A DNA stretch of 64,000 nt. Source: Deferribacterales bacterium. GTDB lineage: Bacteria > Chrysiogenota > Deferribacteres > Deferribacterales > Geovibrionaceae. Made by a program: the position numbers and the translations under genes. The stretch lies in assembly GCA_050251945.1 (NCBI GenBank), contig JBFWLW010000010.1:12653-76652 (forward strand), given 5' to 3'. A model generated the notes under the pieces. The model did not search any database. It saw only the letters and a program-made list of their open reading frames with translations, and was not told the DNA's origin. Below are positions 26,970 to 36,293 of this stretch, piece by piece (the stretch's first letter is position 1; every line of letters begins with the position of its first letter).

Positions 26970-27566
26970 ATGAACAGTATATGGAGTGTTAAAGAAACTG
27001 AAAACGACGGGAGCGTTCAGTTCAGAAAACCGTCAACTGTTTCGGAACAAGTGGATTTTACATTAATGATGATGAACATGTCCGACACATCGGCTGTGGA
27101 TTTGTTCAATGACAGCGTGGAAGGAAATGCCTTATCCGGCAATCAGCCTCTTCTGCCCACACGTCAGAATGTGGAGGAAATTTCCGCCTATATGGAAGAT
27201 CAGATTAACGATGCCTTTAAAAGAGCCGGCATCAGTACTGACGAGGCGGTCACTTTCACCGTTGGTTCGGATGGCAGTCTGAAAGTTAACGGTGACAGGG
27301 ACGATATCGGCGAAATTCAGGAGCTTTTTGAGGATAATCCGGATCTTTCAAACAAGATGAAGAGTTTCATCGGGCTGGCATCAGAGATGCCCAAATTTGA
27401 AAGGGCGATAGAGTTTCAGATAAAATATGAGAACGCGGACAGTAAAAGGGAGATAGATGCCCTGATGAAAGAATACGCCGACCTGTTCGACGGCAAGGAG
27501 CATTATAACTCCACCTTTGCCTTTGACACAGGCGGAATGAATATCGATACCACTTTTACAGCATAA
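26970..27566 (+). CDS. Hypothetical acidic protein
   Basis: Open frame with SD GAGG before ATG 26970, followed by a terminator hairpin; no family recognised. Confidence 0.7.
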   Translation: MNSIWSVKETENDGSVQFRKPSTVSEQVDFTLMMMNMSDTSAVDLFNDSVEGNALSGNQPLLPTRQNVEEISAYMEDQINDAFKRAGISTDEAVTFTVGSDGSLKVNGDRDDIGEIQELFEDNPDLSNKMKSFIGLASEMPKFERAIEFQIKYENADSKREIDALMKEYADLFDGKEHYNSTFAFDTGGMNIDTTFTA

Positions 27567-27585
27567 AAAAGGGGCTTTCGCCCCT

Positions 27586-27727
27586 CAGGTTGTTGAAAAA
27601 ATCAATTTTGATGAAATCCAATGAGACTGCTTCGTCGCCATGCTCCTCGCAGAGACGTTTTTTTGTCTTCGCGAGGAGCGCATGCGATGACGCGATCTCG
27701 CATTTTACGGACTTTGTCATCAGTCTG
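27586..27727 (-). mobile_element. ~140-bp MITE-like element (copy 2, inverted) with REP-like dimer
   Basis: Minus strand CAGACTGATGACAAAGTC...TTTTTCAACAACCTG; flanked by AGGGGCTTTCGCCCCT (27570-27585) and AGGGGCTTCTTTCGCCCCT (27728-27746). Confidence 0.8.
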
Positions 27728-27752
27728 AGGGGCTTCTTTCGCCCCTTTTTCT

Positions 27753-28259
27753 TTATTTCTTTATAAAAGCTGTCAGTTTTTCGTAATCTGGAGCGTTTGT
27801 GGCTTCGGGAACAATTTCCGCATAGGTCACAACGTCGTTTTTGTCCACAACGAAAACGGCGCGTGCCAGAAGACGGAGTTCCTTGATCAGAACACCGAAA
27901 GCCGTTCCGAAGGAAGCTTCTTTGTGGTCGCTGAGAGCCACCGCCTTGTCAATTTCGGCCACTGTGCAGAATCTTTTGATGGCGAACGGGAGATCCATGC
28001 TGATGTTCAGCATCACTATGTCGTCGCCCATTGACGCAACCTCTGTGTTAAGCCTGCGGAGCTGGAAATCGCAGACGGGAGTGTCCAGAGAAGGGGTCAC
28101 GCTGATAACCTTCGTTTTACCCGCGTAGTCTTTAAGTGTCACGGGGGCGAGTGTCTGGGAAACTACTGTAAAATCGGGCGCTTTATCGCCGACTTTCACT
28201 TCGCCGCCGACAAGTGTCATGGGATTGCCTTTCATGGTTACGATGCCGGTTCTTTCCAT
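27753..28259 (-). CDS. tpx: Thiol peroxidase
   Basis: GDKAPDF, PSLDTPVC, ISMDLPFA..RFC, LLARAVFV. Start MERTG after GGAG. Confidence 0.95.
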   Translation of the reverse strand: MERTGIVTMKGNPMTLVGGEVKVGDKAPDFTVVSQTLAPVTLKDYAGKTKVISVTPSLDTPVCDFQLRRLNTEVASMGDDIVMLNISMDLPFAIKRFCTVAEIDKAVALSDHKEASFGTAFGVLIKELRLLARAVFVVDKNDVVTYAEIVPEATNAPDYEKLTAFIKK

Positions 28260-28468
28260 AAAAATCTCCTTGATTTTGGATGTATGCAATTATACACTTA
28301 TTTTATCCTGTATCGACAGAAAAAGGTGTTTTTTGTTAACAAACATTTCCAAAAATCCGATTGCTTAATGCGGACATAGGTTTAAAAGATCAGAGGGTCT
28401 TTTGCGCCTTTTTGTCCGTTTCTCAAAACATTAACAATATCATTAACTTGAAAATACGGAGTATGGAA

Positions 28469-29425
28469 ATGAACGATAGATTCAGAGTTATCTTTGCATC
28501 CAGAGAAATTTATGAACTTAAGGGCGGATACCGTGCGGTGCTTTCGGGCAAATTGAGAAATTCCGCCGGCAGCCTTCCGGTTGTGGGGGATATGGTTATC
28601 TGTTCCGACGGATACGTTATAGAGAGTGTTGAGCCACGCAAAACTGAGCTGAAGCGGAGTAGTCCGTCCGGCGGCGCGGGTATGCAGATTCTGGCGGCGA
28701 ACGCAACCCATCTGCTCATCGTTATGGCGATTGGTGCGGGATTCAGCATCCGCAGGCTGGAACGCTTTCTTGTGCTTGCCGCATCGGCAGGGATACAGCC
28801 CGTTGTTGCGCTTACCAAGTGCGATACGGTGAATCCCGTTGATGCTTTTGTTGCGGAGAGCGAGGTCAAAGACGTAGCGGGTATTCCGGTATTCTGCACA
28901 AGTATCGTAACTGGCGAGGGTATCAGTGAGCTTTCCGGTTATTTTTCAGAAGGGGATATAATCTGCCTCACGGGGCTTTCCGGTGCAGGAAAGTCAAGTC
29001 TGCTCAATGCCATATGCAGAACGGATCTTGAAACGTCCGCCGTGCGCGAAAGCGACGGCAAAGGTAAGCACACAACCACCGCCAGACATTTCATAGAGAC
29101 CGGAAACGGTTATGCTTTTATAGATACGCCCGGACTTCGGGAGGTCGGGATTGGCGGAGATGCGGGAGCCGTTGAAGAGGTGTTCGACGACATAGCAAAA
29201 TATGCGGAAATGTGCCGTTTCTCCGACTGCTCACATACCAACGAGCCGGATTGCGCCGTTCTTGCCGCTGTGGCGTCCGGTGCGCTGAGTGCTGAAAGAC
29301 TTGCAAGTATGCATAAGCTGAGAAAAGAGTCCGCGGCGAAGAACGAGGCGGAGCGGAAAGTCAGGGATAAACAGCTGTCAAAAACGGTGAAACGGATCAA
29401 GAAACTGGGCGTGAGCCGCCACTGA
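28469..29425 (+). CDS. rsgA: Ribosome small subunit-dependent GTPase A
   Basis: LTKCD, GLSGAGKSSL, GKHTT, DTPGLRE, CRFSDCSHTNEPDC Zn finger. Confidence 0.92.
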   Translation: MNDRFRVIFASREIYELKGGYRAVLSGKLRNSAGSLPVVGDMVICSDGYVIESVEPRKTELKRSSPSGGAGMQILAANATHLLIVMAIGAGFSIRRLERFLVLAASAGIQPVVALTKCDTVNPVDAFVAESEVKDVAGIPVFCTSIVTGEGISELSGYFSEGDIICLTGLSGAGKSSLLNAICRTDLETSAVRESDGKGKHTTTARHFIETGNGYAFIDTPGLREVGIGGDAGAVEEVFDDIAKYAEMCRFSDCSHTNEPDCAVLAAVASGALSAERLASMHKLRKESAAKNEAERKVRDKQLSKTVKRIKKLGVSRH

Positions 29426-29490
29426 TATAGGCGGTTTCAAAACAGAACGAAATATGATATGTTATCTGATGTTTTAATCTGAGGTGTCTT

Positions 29491-29910
29491 ATGCCTAATG
29501 TTACAAGAATTACGGTATCCATAGACGAACCGCTTCTGGATCAGTTTGAGAAATTTCTTGCGGATAACGGCTATCCCACCCGCTCAGAGGGCGTTAAGAG
29601 CATAATGCGCAAGGCGCTTATAGAGAGTGAATGGCTGACTGAAAACACAGAGGTTGCCGCCACCATAAGTATGGTTTACGACCACCACAAGGCGGGGGTT
29701 ATGCAGAAACTTACGGATATCCAGCATGATTTCGGCGAACTTGTGGTCTGCACACAGCACGTTCACCTCGACCATCACAACTGCATGGAAGTTCTTATCC
29801 TTAAAGGGCTTGCCTCAAGGATACAGGATTTCCACAATGCGCTGAAATCGGTGAAGGGATTGAAACACTGCGCACTGTCCGCCGCCACAACAGGCGAGGA
29901 CATTCACTGA
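29491..29910 (+). CDS. nikR: Nickel-responsive regulator
   Basis: RHH N-terminus RITVSID, GYPTRSE; YDHH; QHVHLDHHNCMEV. Confidence 0.95.
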   Translation: MPNVTRITVSIDEPLLDQFEKFLADNGYPTRSEGVKSIMRKALIESEWLTENTEVAATISMVYDHHKAGVMQKLTDIQHDFGELVVCTQHVHLDHHNCMEVLILKGLASRIQDFHNALKSVKGLKHCALSAATTGEDIH

Positions 29911-30662
29911 GCTATAAAAACATCGGCTGCCTGTCCGGCAAGCTGCTGACGTAACTTCAATTGTTCGGGTGAATCTATTGCGATGCGTACAGCAAAGTAA
30001 TAGGTTTCATCCGGACATTCGTACCATCCGATATACCAGCCCGAAGCATCTTTTGTCGCCCAGCCTGTTTTCCCGTATTGCGTACAGCCTTTGAAACTGC
30101 CTGAGAGCATTGCATCCTGAACGTATCTGACTGCGGTCTGGTTCAAACGGAAATAATCTGTGTTGAATTTCTGCAGGAAATCTATCTGCTCAACGGGGCT
30201 TATTCTCAGATTGCCGATGAGCCAGAAAGGATATTCGCCGGATACGTCTTTGTTGCCGTAATTGAAAGCTGAAACGTATACGTTCAGCACATCCTGTCCG
30301 AGCCTTTTTCCGACTTCTTCAAACACCCATACGGCGCTTGCCTTTATGGCTTCTTTCAGCGTCATATCTCTGTTCCATTCGTCTCTTCCGCGTTTTGTTC
30401 CGTCCCATTTGAAAACTTCGTCAGGTCTTATAATGCCTGAATCCAGTGCCGCGAGAGCGTGGGGAACTTTAAACGTGCTGGCGGGGAGCGTTTCGGCTAT
30501 GGTTTTTTCTCTGTCCGAAACGTAGATGATGCCTTTGGATGCGGGATAAAAGACTATCGCCGCGTCATAGGGGGCGGCAATCTTTTTAAGAATGTCCGAC
30601 TGCTGAATTTCATGTGCATGTGCTGTTGAGAAACAAAGGAGCAAAATTATTAAATATTTCAT
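29904..30662 (-). CDS. Class D (OXA-type) beta-lactamase family protein
   Basis: Signal peptide; PASTFK, SAVW, YGN, FWL.G.L.ISP.EQ, KTG and GWYIGW motifs. Confidence 0.88.
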   Translation of the reverse strand: MKYLIILLLCFSTAHAHEIQQSDILKKIAAPYDAAIVFYPASKGIIYVSDREKTIAETLPASTFKVPHALAALDSGIIRPDEVFKWDGTKRGRDEWNRDMTLKEAIKASAVWVFEEVGKRLGQDVLNVYVSAFNYGNKDVSGEYPFWLIGNLRISPVEQIDFLQKFNTDYFRLNQTAVRYVQDAMLSGSFKGCTQYGKTGWATKDASGWYIGWYECPDETYYFAVRIAIDSPEQLKLRQQLAGQAADVFIAQ

Positions 30663-30725
30663 GATCTTAAAAAGGGACCGCCGTCTGAGCGGCAGTCCCG
30701 TGTGTAAAATTTTTGCTGAAACCCA

Positions 30726-30840
30726 TGAGACTGCTTCGGGCAAACCCTCGCAGAGACAGATCAGTCTTCGCGGGGAGCACTAGCCGAAGGCTGAATTAGT
30801 CCGCTTTAAACTATTTGTCAGATAAAGCGACGCGGCGATC
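30726..30840. repeat. REP-like palindrome dimer with expanded internal loop
   Basis: TGAGACTGCTTCG..CCTCGCAGAGAC / GTCTTCGCGGGG-(long insert)-CGCGGCGATCTC. Confidence 0.75.
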
Positions 30841-30860
30841 TCCTGTTTTCTAAAGGACTG

Positions 30861-31730
30861 TTATCTTCCCAGAAGAGGGAAACCGAGTTCCTCTCTGTGT
30901 TTAAGATAGTTTTCCGCGCAAATTTTCGCCAGATAGCGTACGCGGGCTATATAACCTGTGCGTTCGGTGACGGATATTGCGCTTCTCGCATCCAGAAGGT
31001 TAAAGGTGTGGCTGCATTTCAGGCAGTAGTCATATGCCGGAAGGGGCAGGTTCACTCCGTTCAGCCTTTTACATTCGTTTTCGTACATATCAAACAGCTT
31101 AAACAGCATGTCCGTGTCGGCATGTTCAAAGTTGTGGGCGGAATATTGAACCTCATTGGCGTGGTAAACGTCTCTGTAGGTTATTTTTTCGTTCCACTTA
31201 AGGTCGTAGACTGACTCAACGCCCTGAAGATACATGGTAATACGTTCCAGTCCGTAGGTTATTTCGCCCGAAACGGGTTTCAGGTCGATACCGCCCGCCT
31301 GCTGGAAATAGGTGAACTGGGTGATTTCCATGCCGTCAAGCCAGACCTCCCAGCCAAGTCCCCATGCGCCGAGGGTGGGGGATTCCCAGTCGTCCTCAAC
31401 GAAGCGGATGTCGTGTTCCGTCTTGTCTATGCCGAGCTGTTTCAGGGACTCAAGGTAGAGTTCCTGAATGTTATCGGGTGAAGGTTTCAGGAGCACCTGA
31501 AACTGATAGTAGTGCTGGAGTCTGTTGGGGTTTTCCCCGTATCTGCCGTCTGTGGGTCTGCGGCTGGGCTCCACATAGCAAACGTTCCATGGTTCAGGTC
31601 CCAGACAGCGCAGGAAAGTTGCGGGGTTGAAAGTACCCGCACCCACCTCTATGTCGTATGGCTGATACACTATACAGCCCTGATCAGCCCAGAATCTTTG
31701 AAGTTTCAGTATGACGTCCTGAAAATACAT
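30861..31730 (-). CDS. glyQ: Glycine--tRNA ligase alpha subunit
   Basis: [51 protein letters not shown]. Confidence 0.98.
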   Translation of the reverse strand: MYFQDVILKLQRFWADQGCIVYQPYDIEVGAGTFNPATFLRCLGPEPWNVCYVEPSRRPTDGRYGENPNRLQHYYQFQVLLKPSPDNIQELYLESLKQLGIDKTEHDIRFVEDDWESPTLGAWGLGWEVWLDGMEITQFTYFQQAGGIDLKPVSGEITYGLERITMYLQGVESVYDLKWNEKITYRDVYHANEVQYSAHNFEHADTDMLFKLFDMYENECKRLNGVNLPLPAYDYCLKCSHTFNLLDARSAISVTERTGYIARVRYLAKICAENYLKHREELGFPLLGR

Positions 31731-31743
31731 TAGCTTTTCTCCG

Positions 31744-32955
31744 TTATTTCTTTGCTCTGGCGGCGTGGGCTTTCAGAGGAAGCGCGTGGAGCTTGATGAA
31801 GCCCACGGCGTCTGTCTGGTTGTATGCGCCCGAATCGTCTTCCATGGAAACCACAAGCTGGTTGTACAGCGAGTATTTGGATTCGCGTCCGATGCAAGTA
31901 ATGTTGCCTTTGTACAGTTCGAGACGGACTTTGCCTGTTACGAACTTCTGGCTTTCGTCAAGCAGAGCGCGCAGGCAGTCCATTTCAGGGCTGTACCAGT
32001 AGCCGTTGTATACCAGAGTTGCGAATCTGGGCATAAGCGTTTCTTTAAGGTTGATGGTCGCGCCGTCCAGCGTAAGCGCCTCAAGGTCGCGGTGCGCAGC
32101 ATAAAGGATGGTGCCGCCGGGTGTTTCGTACACGCCGCGGGACTTCATGCCCACATATCTGCTTTCAACCATATCTATACGTCCGATGCCGTGTTTTCCG
32201 CCTATTTTATTAAGCTCTTTCAGCATTTCTGCCGGAGAGTATTTTTTGCCGTTCAGTTTGACAGCCACGCCATTCTCAAATTTCAGTTCGATGATCTCCG
32301 CCTCGTCGGGGGCGTTTTTCGGATCGACTGTGTATTCAAACATGTCTGCCGGCGGGCGTTTTGACGGGTCTTCAAGTATGCCTGCTTCAAAGCTTATGTG
32401 GAGCAGGTTGTCGTCTGAACTCCATGGTTTGTCAGAAGTCGCCTTAACGGGGATGCCGTGTTCCTGTGCGAAGTCCATAGCTTCTTTACGCCCTTTGATG
32501 ACGTTAAAGAATTCCGGCATTCTCCACGGAACGATGGTTTTCAGTTCGGGGTTCAGAGCGGCAGCGGTAAGCTCGAAACGAACCTGATCGTTTCCTTTGC
32601 CCGTTGCGCCGTGTGCGAGGAATTTTGCGCCTGTTTTCTCTGCCACCTCAACCATTCCCTTTGCGATGATGGGGCGTGCAAGGGATGTGCCGAGCAGATA
32701 TCTGCCTTCGTAAACTGCGTTGAATTTCACCGCTTCAAAAACGAAGTCTTTAACGAACTCTTCTTTGAGGTCGAGTGCATAAAAATCCACAGCGCCGGAT
32801 TTCATAGCTTTTTCTTTTATGGCGGCAACATCGGGAAGCTGACCGAGGTCTGCAACGTATGCGACAACGTCATAGCCCTTAAGCTGGAGCCATTTCAGGA
32901 TAACGGATGTGTCCAGACCGCCGGAATAGGCGAGAACAACTTTATCTTTTGCCAT
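31744..32955 (-). CDS. argG: Argininosuccinate synthase
   Basis: [35 protein letters not shown]. Confidence 0.98.
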   Translation of the reverse strand: MAKDKVVLAYSGGLDTSVILKWLQLKGYDVVAYVADLGQLPDVAAIKEKAMKSGAVDFYALDLKEEFVKDFVFEAVKFNAVYEGRYLLGTSLARPIIAKGMVEVAEKTGAKFLAHGATGKGNDQVRFELTAAALNPELKTIVPWRMPEFFNVIKGRKEAMDFAQEHGIPVKATSDKPWSSDDNLLHISFEAGILEDPSKRPPADMFEYTVDPKNAPDEAEIIELKFENGVAVKLNGKKYSPAEMLKELNKIGGKHGIGRIDMVESRYVGMKSRGVYETPGGTILYAAHRDLEALTLDGATINLKETLMPRFATLVYNGYWYSPEMDCLRALLDESQKFVTGKVRLELYKGNITCIGRESKYSLYNQLVVSMEDDSGAYNQTDAVGFIKLHALPLKAHAARAKK

Positions 32956-33015
32956 TTTGTCCCTCCGAAAATTTGTATATGTCCTTAAGATTGCCGCAGG
33001 CGCGGCAGCCTGTGT

Positions 33016-33948
33016 TTACCTGTTTCCCATCACCTTGAGCATCACTGCTTTCTGGGCGTGGAGTCTGTTCTCCGCCTCGTCCCAGATGATGGAGTTTTTG
33101 CCTTCAAGAACGTCCTCTGTCACCTCAAGCCCTCTGTAAGCGGGCAGGCAGTGCATAAACAACGTTTCTTTGCCTGTCGCCGCCATAAGAGCCGCATTGA
33201 CCTGATAGTCTTTGAATATCTTCTTGCGCGCCTCTTTTTCGGCTTCCTGTCCCATGCTCGCCCACACGTCGGTGTAGATGAAGTCCGCGCCTTTAACGGC
33301 GTCGTAGGGATCGCGCACCAGCTCTATTTTAGCACCGGTGATCTCCGCTGTCTTCCTCGCTTCGTCATAAACGTGCTTTTTGCATTCGTAGCCTTCCGGA
33401 GATGCCACGCTGATATCTATGCCGAATTTTGCCGCACCGTAAAGCCATGACTGAGCCATGTTGTTTCCGTCGCCTATGAACGCAACCTTAACGTCATAAG
33501 ATTGTTTGTATTCATAGATGGTCTGGAGATCCGCCATCACCTGACATGGGTGAAAGTCGTCCGTGAGACCGTTGATAACCGGAACGGATGAATACTCTGC
33601 CAGCTCCTCGATTATATCGTGTCCCTTGGTTCTGATCATGATGCCGTCAACGTATCTGGAAAGGGTGCGTGCGGTATCCTTGATAGTCTCGCCTCTGCCC
33701 AGCTGTATGTCGTTCGAGCTGAGATAAAGCGGATAGCCGCCCAGCTCGTACATGCCGGTTTCAAAGGAGACCCTTGTCCTTGTTGAAGGTTTTTCAAAGA
33801 TCATCGCCAGTTTTTTGCCTTCCAGATGGTGATGGCGTACGTTGTTTCTGTTTTCCGCTTTAAGTCTGACAGCGGTCTGTATCATCTCTTTAAGGTCTTC
33901 TGCGCTCCAGTCTCTGAGCGTTAAAAAGTCTCTTTTCATATCATTCAC
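33016..33948 (-). CDS. argF: Ornithine carbamoyltransferase
   Basis: STRTR, HPCQ, YTDVWASMG, HCLP, EAENRLH. Confidence 0.97.
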   Translation of the reverse strand: MNDMKRDFLTLRDWSAEDLKEMIQTAVRLKAENRNNVRHHHLEGKKLAMIFEKPSTRTRVSFETGMYELGGYPLYLSSNDIQLGRGETIKDTARTLSRYVDGIMIRTKGHDIIEELAEYSSVPVINGLTDDFHPCQVMADLQTIYEYKQSYDVKVAFIGDGNNMAQSWLYGAAKFGIDISVASPEGYECKKHVYDEARKTAEITGAKIELVRDPYDAVKGADFIYTDVWASMGQEAEKEARKKIFKDYQVNAALMAATGKETLFMHCLPAYRGLEVTEDVLEGKNSIIWDEAENRLHAQKAVMLKVMGNR

Positions 33949-35110
33949 CTATACCCATTTCGGACGCAGACTTTCTGATAAGTGCGAGACCTTCGTCAAG
34001 CTCTTCGTATGTGACCGTAAGGGGAGGATATATCCTGATTACGTCGTTTCCTGCCGGAATGACGATAAGTCCGTTGCTCATGCATTTTTCAATGAATTCC
34101 TTCTGCCTGCCGGGAACCTTTATGCCTGACATAAGGGCGAGTCCGTGAACGGTTACCTCGGTCTGATAGAATATTTCGTTCAGTTTGCCGAGGAAATAGT
34201 CGCCCTTCTCGCGCACATCCTGCATGAAGCCTTTTTCCGTCATAACGTCAAGAACAGCCATTGCCGCGGCACATGCCAGATAGCCGCCGCCGAAGGTGCT
34301 TCCGTGTGTACCTGCGGAAAGGTATTCCGCGATTTCGTGCTTCGCCATAACGGCGCCCATGGGGATCCCGTTGGCTATGCCCTTCGCCATTGTTATGATG
34401 TCCGGCGTGATACCGAAATGCTTATATGCGAAGATGTCTCCGGTGCGTCCGAATCCTGTCTGTATCTCGTCGAGAATAAGCAGGATATCGTATTTTGCAC
34501 AGTACTCGGAAACCTCCACAAGAAAATCTCTGGAGATAGGTTCCAGCCCGCCTTCGCCCTGTATAAGCTCAAGCATGACAGCCGCCACGTCGCCCTTTTT
34601 GACTTCGCTCAGAAATTCGCCGAAGTCGTTCTGTCTGATGTGGACAAAGCAGTCCATCGTAGGCTCGAAGCCATTTTTGACCTTTTCCTGCCCTGTGGCG
34701 GAAAGGGTCATGTATGTTCTGCCGTGGAATGAGTTGTGCAGTGTTATCACTCTGCGTCTCTTTCCTTCGTATTTTTTGTTGCCGTATATCCTTGCTATTT
34801 TAAGCGCCGCTTCGTTTGCCTCGGCGCCTGAGTTACAGAAGAAAACATCACCACCGAAACCGCATCGGCTCAGCCTGTCCGCGAGCTGTTCCTGAATGGG
34901 GTTGTGATACAGGTTTGACGTGTGTATCAGCGTCTCCGCCTGTTTCTGAATGGCTTGTGTTACATGCGGGTGGCAGTGTCCGAGGTTCACCACGGAAATT
35001 CCGCACCCGAAATCCAGAAATGATCTGCCGTCTGCTTCGGTAAGCCTTGCTCCTTCACCTTTTACAAAGGTCAGAGGATACCGTGCGTAGTTCTGAAAAA
35101 TTGCGGACAT
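33941..35110 (-). CDS. argD: Acetylornithine aminotransferase
   Basis: NSGAEANEAA, SFHGRT, DEIQTGFGRTG, AKG, HGSTFGG; first gene of the arg cluster. Confidence 0.93.
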   Translation of the reverse strand: MSAIFQNYARYPLTFVKGEGARLTEADGRSFLDFGCGISVVNLGHCHPHVTQAIQKQAETLIHTSNLYHNPIQEQLADRLSRCGFGGDVFFCNSGAEANEAALKIARIYGNKKYEGKRRRVITLHNSFHGRTYMTLSATGQEKVKNGFEPTMDCFVHIRQNDFGEFLSEVKKGDVAAVMLELIQGEGGLEPISRDFLVEVSEYCAKYDILLILDEIQTGFGRTGDIFAYKHFGITPDIITMAKGIANGIPMGAVMAKHEIAEYLSAGTHGSTFGGGYLACAAAMAVLDVMTEKGFMQDVREKGDYFLGKLNEIFYQTEVTVHGLALMSGIKVPGRQKEFIEKCMSNGLIVIPAGNDVIRIYPPLTVTYEELDEGLALIRKSASEMGIGE

Positions 35111-35164
35111 TTTTTACTCCTAAAAGATGAGTTCTGAACATTGTCCGGCGTATCAGCGCAGTGG

Positions 35165-35240
35165 TGAGATCGCCGCGTCGCTACGCTTCTCGCGAAGACG
35201 AAAATACGTCTCTGCGAGGGCTTGTCCCGAAACAGTCTCA
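35165..35240. repeat. REP-like palindrome dimer (GTC-tagged family)
   Basis: TGAGATCGCCGCG...CTCGCGAAGAC / GTCTCTGCGAGG...CGAAACAGTCTCA. Confidence 0.85.
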
Positions 35241-35462
35241 TTAATTATGAGGCTGAAGATTACTTAGCCGAACGCTGTTCGGGAAAGCTCTATTAAAAGC
35301 ACATTTGTAATGGTAATTCAAGGATTTTTCCCTGTTGTTAAGTATGCCTGTATAAAAATAACAAGATTTTAAATTTTGGTGTTATAATTAAACATAAAAA
35401 CATGTGTCCCGATTATTTCTTTTGAAGCCGTACGGTGCTGATCCGGCGGCGAGGAGCTATGC

Positions 35463-35561
35463 ATGATATCCACTATGTCGCCTTTAATGGTACTTTTGCT
35501 TGCCTGCATTTCTGCGGGCGTGTGTCTGGCTGTGTATCTGACTTTTGGCAAGAAAAGATAA
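35463..35561 (+). CDS. Candidate 32-aa single-TM small protein
   Basis: GAGGAG 6 nt before ATG; MISTMSPLMVLLLACISAGVCLAVYLTFGKKR*; next ATG 3 nt after the stop. Confidence 0.55.
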   Translation: MISTMSPLMVLLLACISAGVCLAVYLTFGKKR

Positions 35562-35564
35562 CGG

Positions 35565-36293
35565 ATGAAGCAGGCTGCGGTGAACTTATTGCTGTTCCTC
35601 TCGATTTTCTACTTTGCAATACTTTCGTCGTGGTACGTATGCTATTCCAACGACTTCTGTTATCCCATCGCGTATGTAACAGCGGACATGGGCGAAAAGA
35701 TACAGGAGAGCGTGCAGTCAGATGAAAAATATGCGGCCTTCGCTTCGGCGGACGCGGGGCAAAGCATAGGTCTTTTCCATCGCCTCCTGAAATGTATCGA
35801 GAAAAACGGAGAAGGTCTTAATGAATTGTCCTATACAGACAGCGGCGGAATACGCCGCAGGTTTCTGAATTCCGCCGAGGCGGAGAGCCTTAACGGTATC
35901 GCCGATATGCTTGCACTTCTCAGGAGCATGTTCCGTCCTTTTTTTCTGCTTCTGGTTCTTGTCTGCGGGTATATGGCGGTAGTAAAAGTGCGCCCTTACG
36001 CATGGAGACAGACAGACCGCACATTGTCTTATATTTTTACCGCCTTCACGGCGGTTTTTTACGTTTACGGGTTCGACAGGCTTTTGAATTTTATACAGAA
36101 AATTATCTTCGGAAGCGGTTTTGAACTGTTGTTCCGCGATGGCAGAGGTCTTCTTTCGCTGGTCGTGCCTTACCCCTCAATGTATTTTTTTCTGTGGGGG
36201 CTTTTTCTGCTGACGGCGCTTGGGTGTTTCGGTCTGTATTATCTGCTGACGGGTGCGGTTGTGAACTTTTTTATCGGTAAAAAGTATCAGTGA
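35565..36293 (+). CDS. Integral membrane protein, distantly DUF1461/Lit-like
   Basis: About 4 hydrophobic segments; spacing resembles DUF1461, but this is pattern recall only. Confidence 0.55.
   Translation: MKQAAVNLLLFLSIFYFAILSSWYVCYSNDFCYPIAYVTADMGEKIQESVQSDEKYAAFASADAGQSIGLFHRLLKCIEKNGEGLNELSYTDSGGIRRRFLNSAEAESLNGIADMLALLRSMFRPFFLLLVLVCGYMAVVKVRPYAWRQTDRTLSYIFTAFTAVFYVYGFDRLLNFIQKIIFGSGFELLFRDGRGLLSLVVPYPSMYFFLWGLFLLTALGCFGLYYLLTGAVVNFFIGKKYQ

Noticed and set aside
29426..29490. NikR operator
   Set aside because: No convincing GTATGA-N16-TCATAC-type dyad here or upstream of hypE.
30673..30840. Integron attC site or gene cassette for the OXA gene
   Set aside because: The repeat belongs to the window-wide REP-like family, lies upstream of the gene, lacks RYYYAAC/GTTRRRY ends, and no integrase is present.
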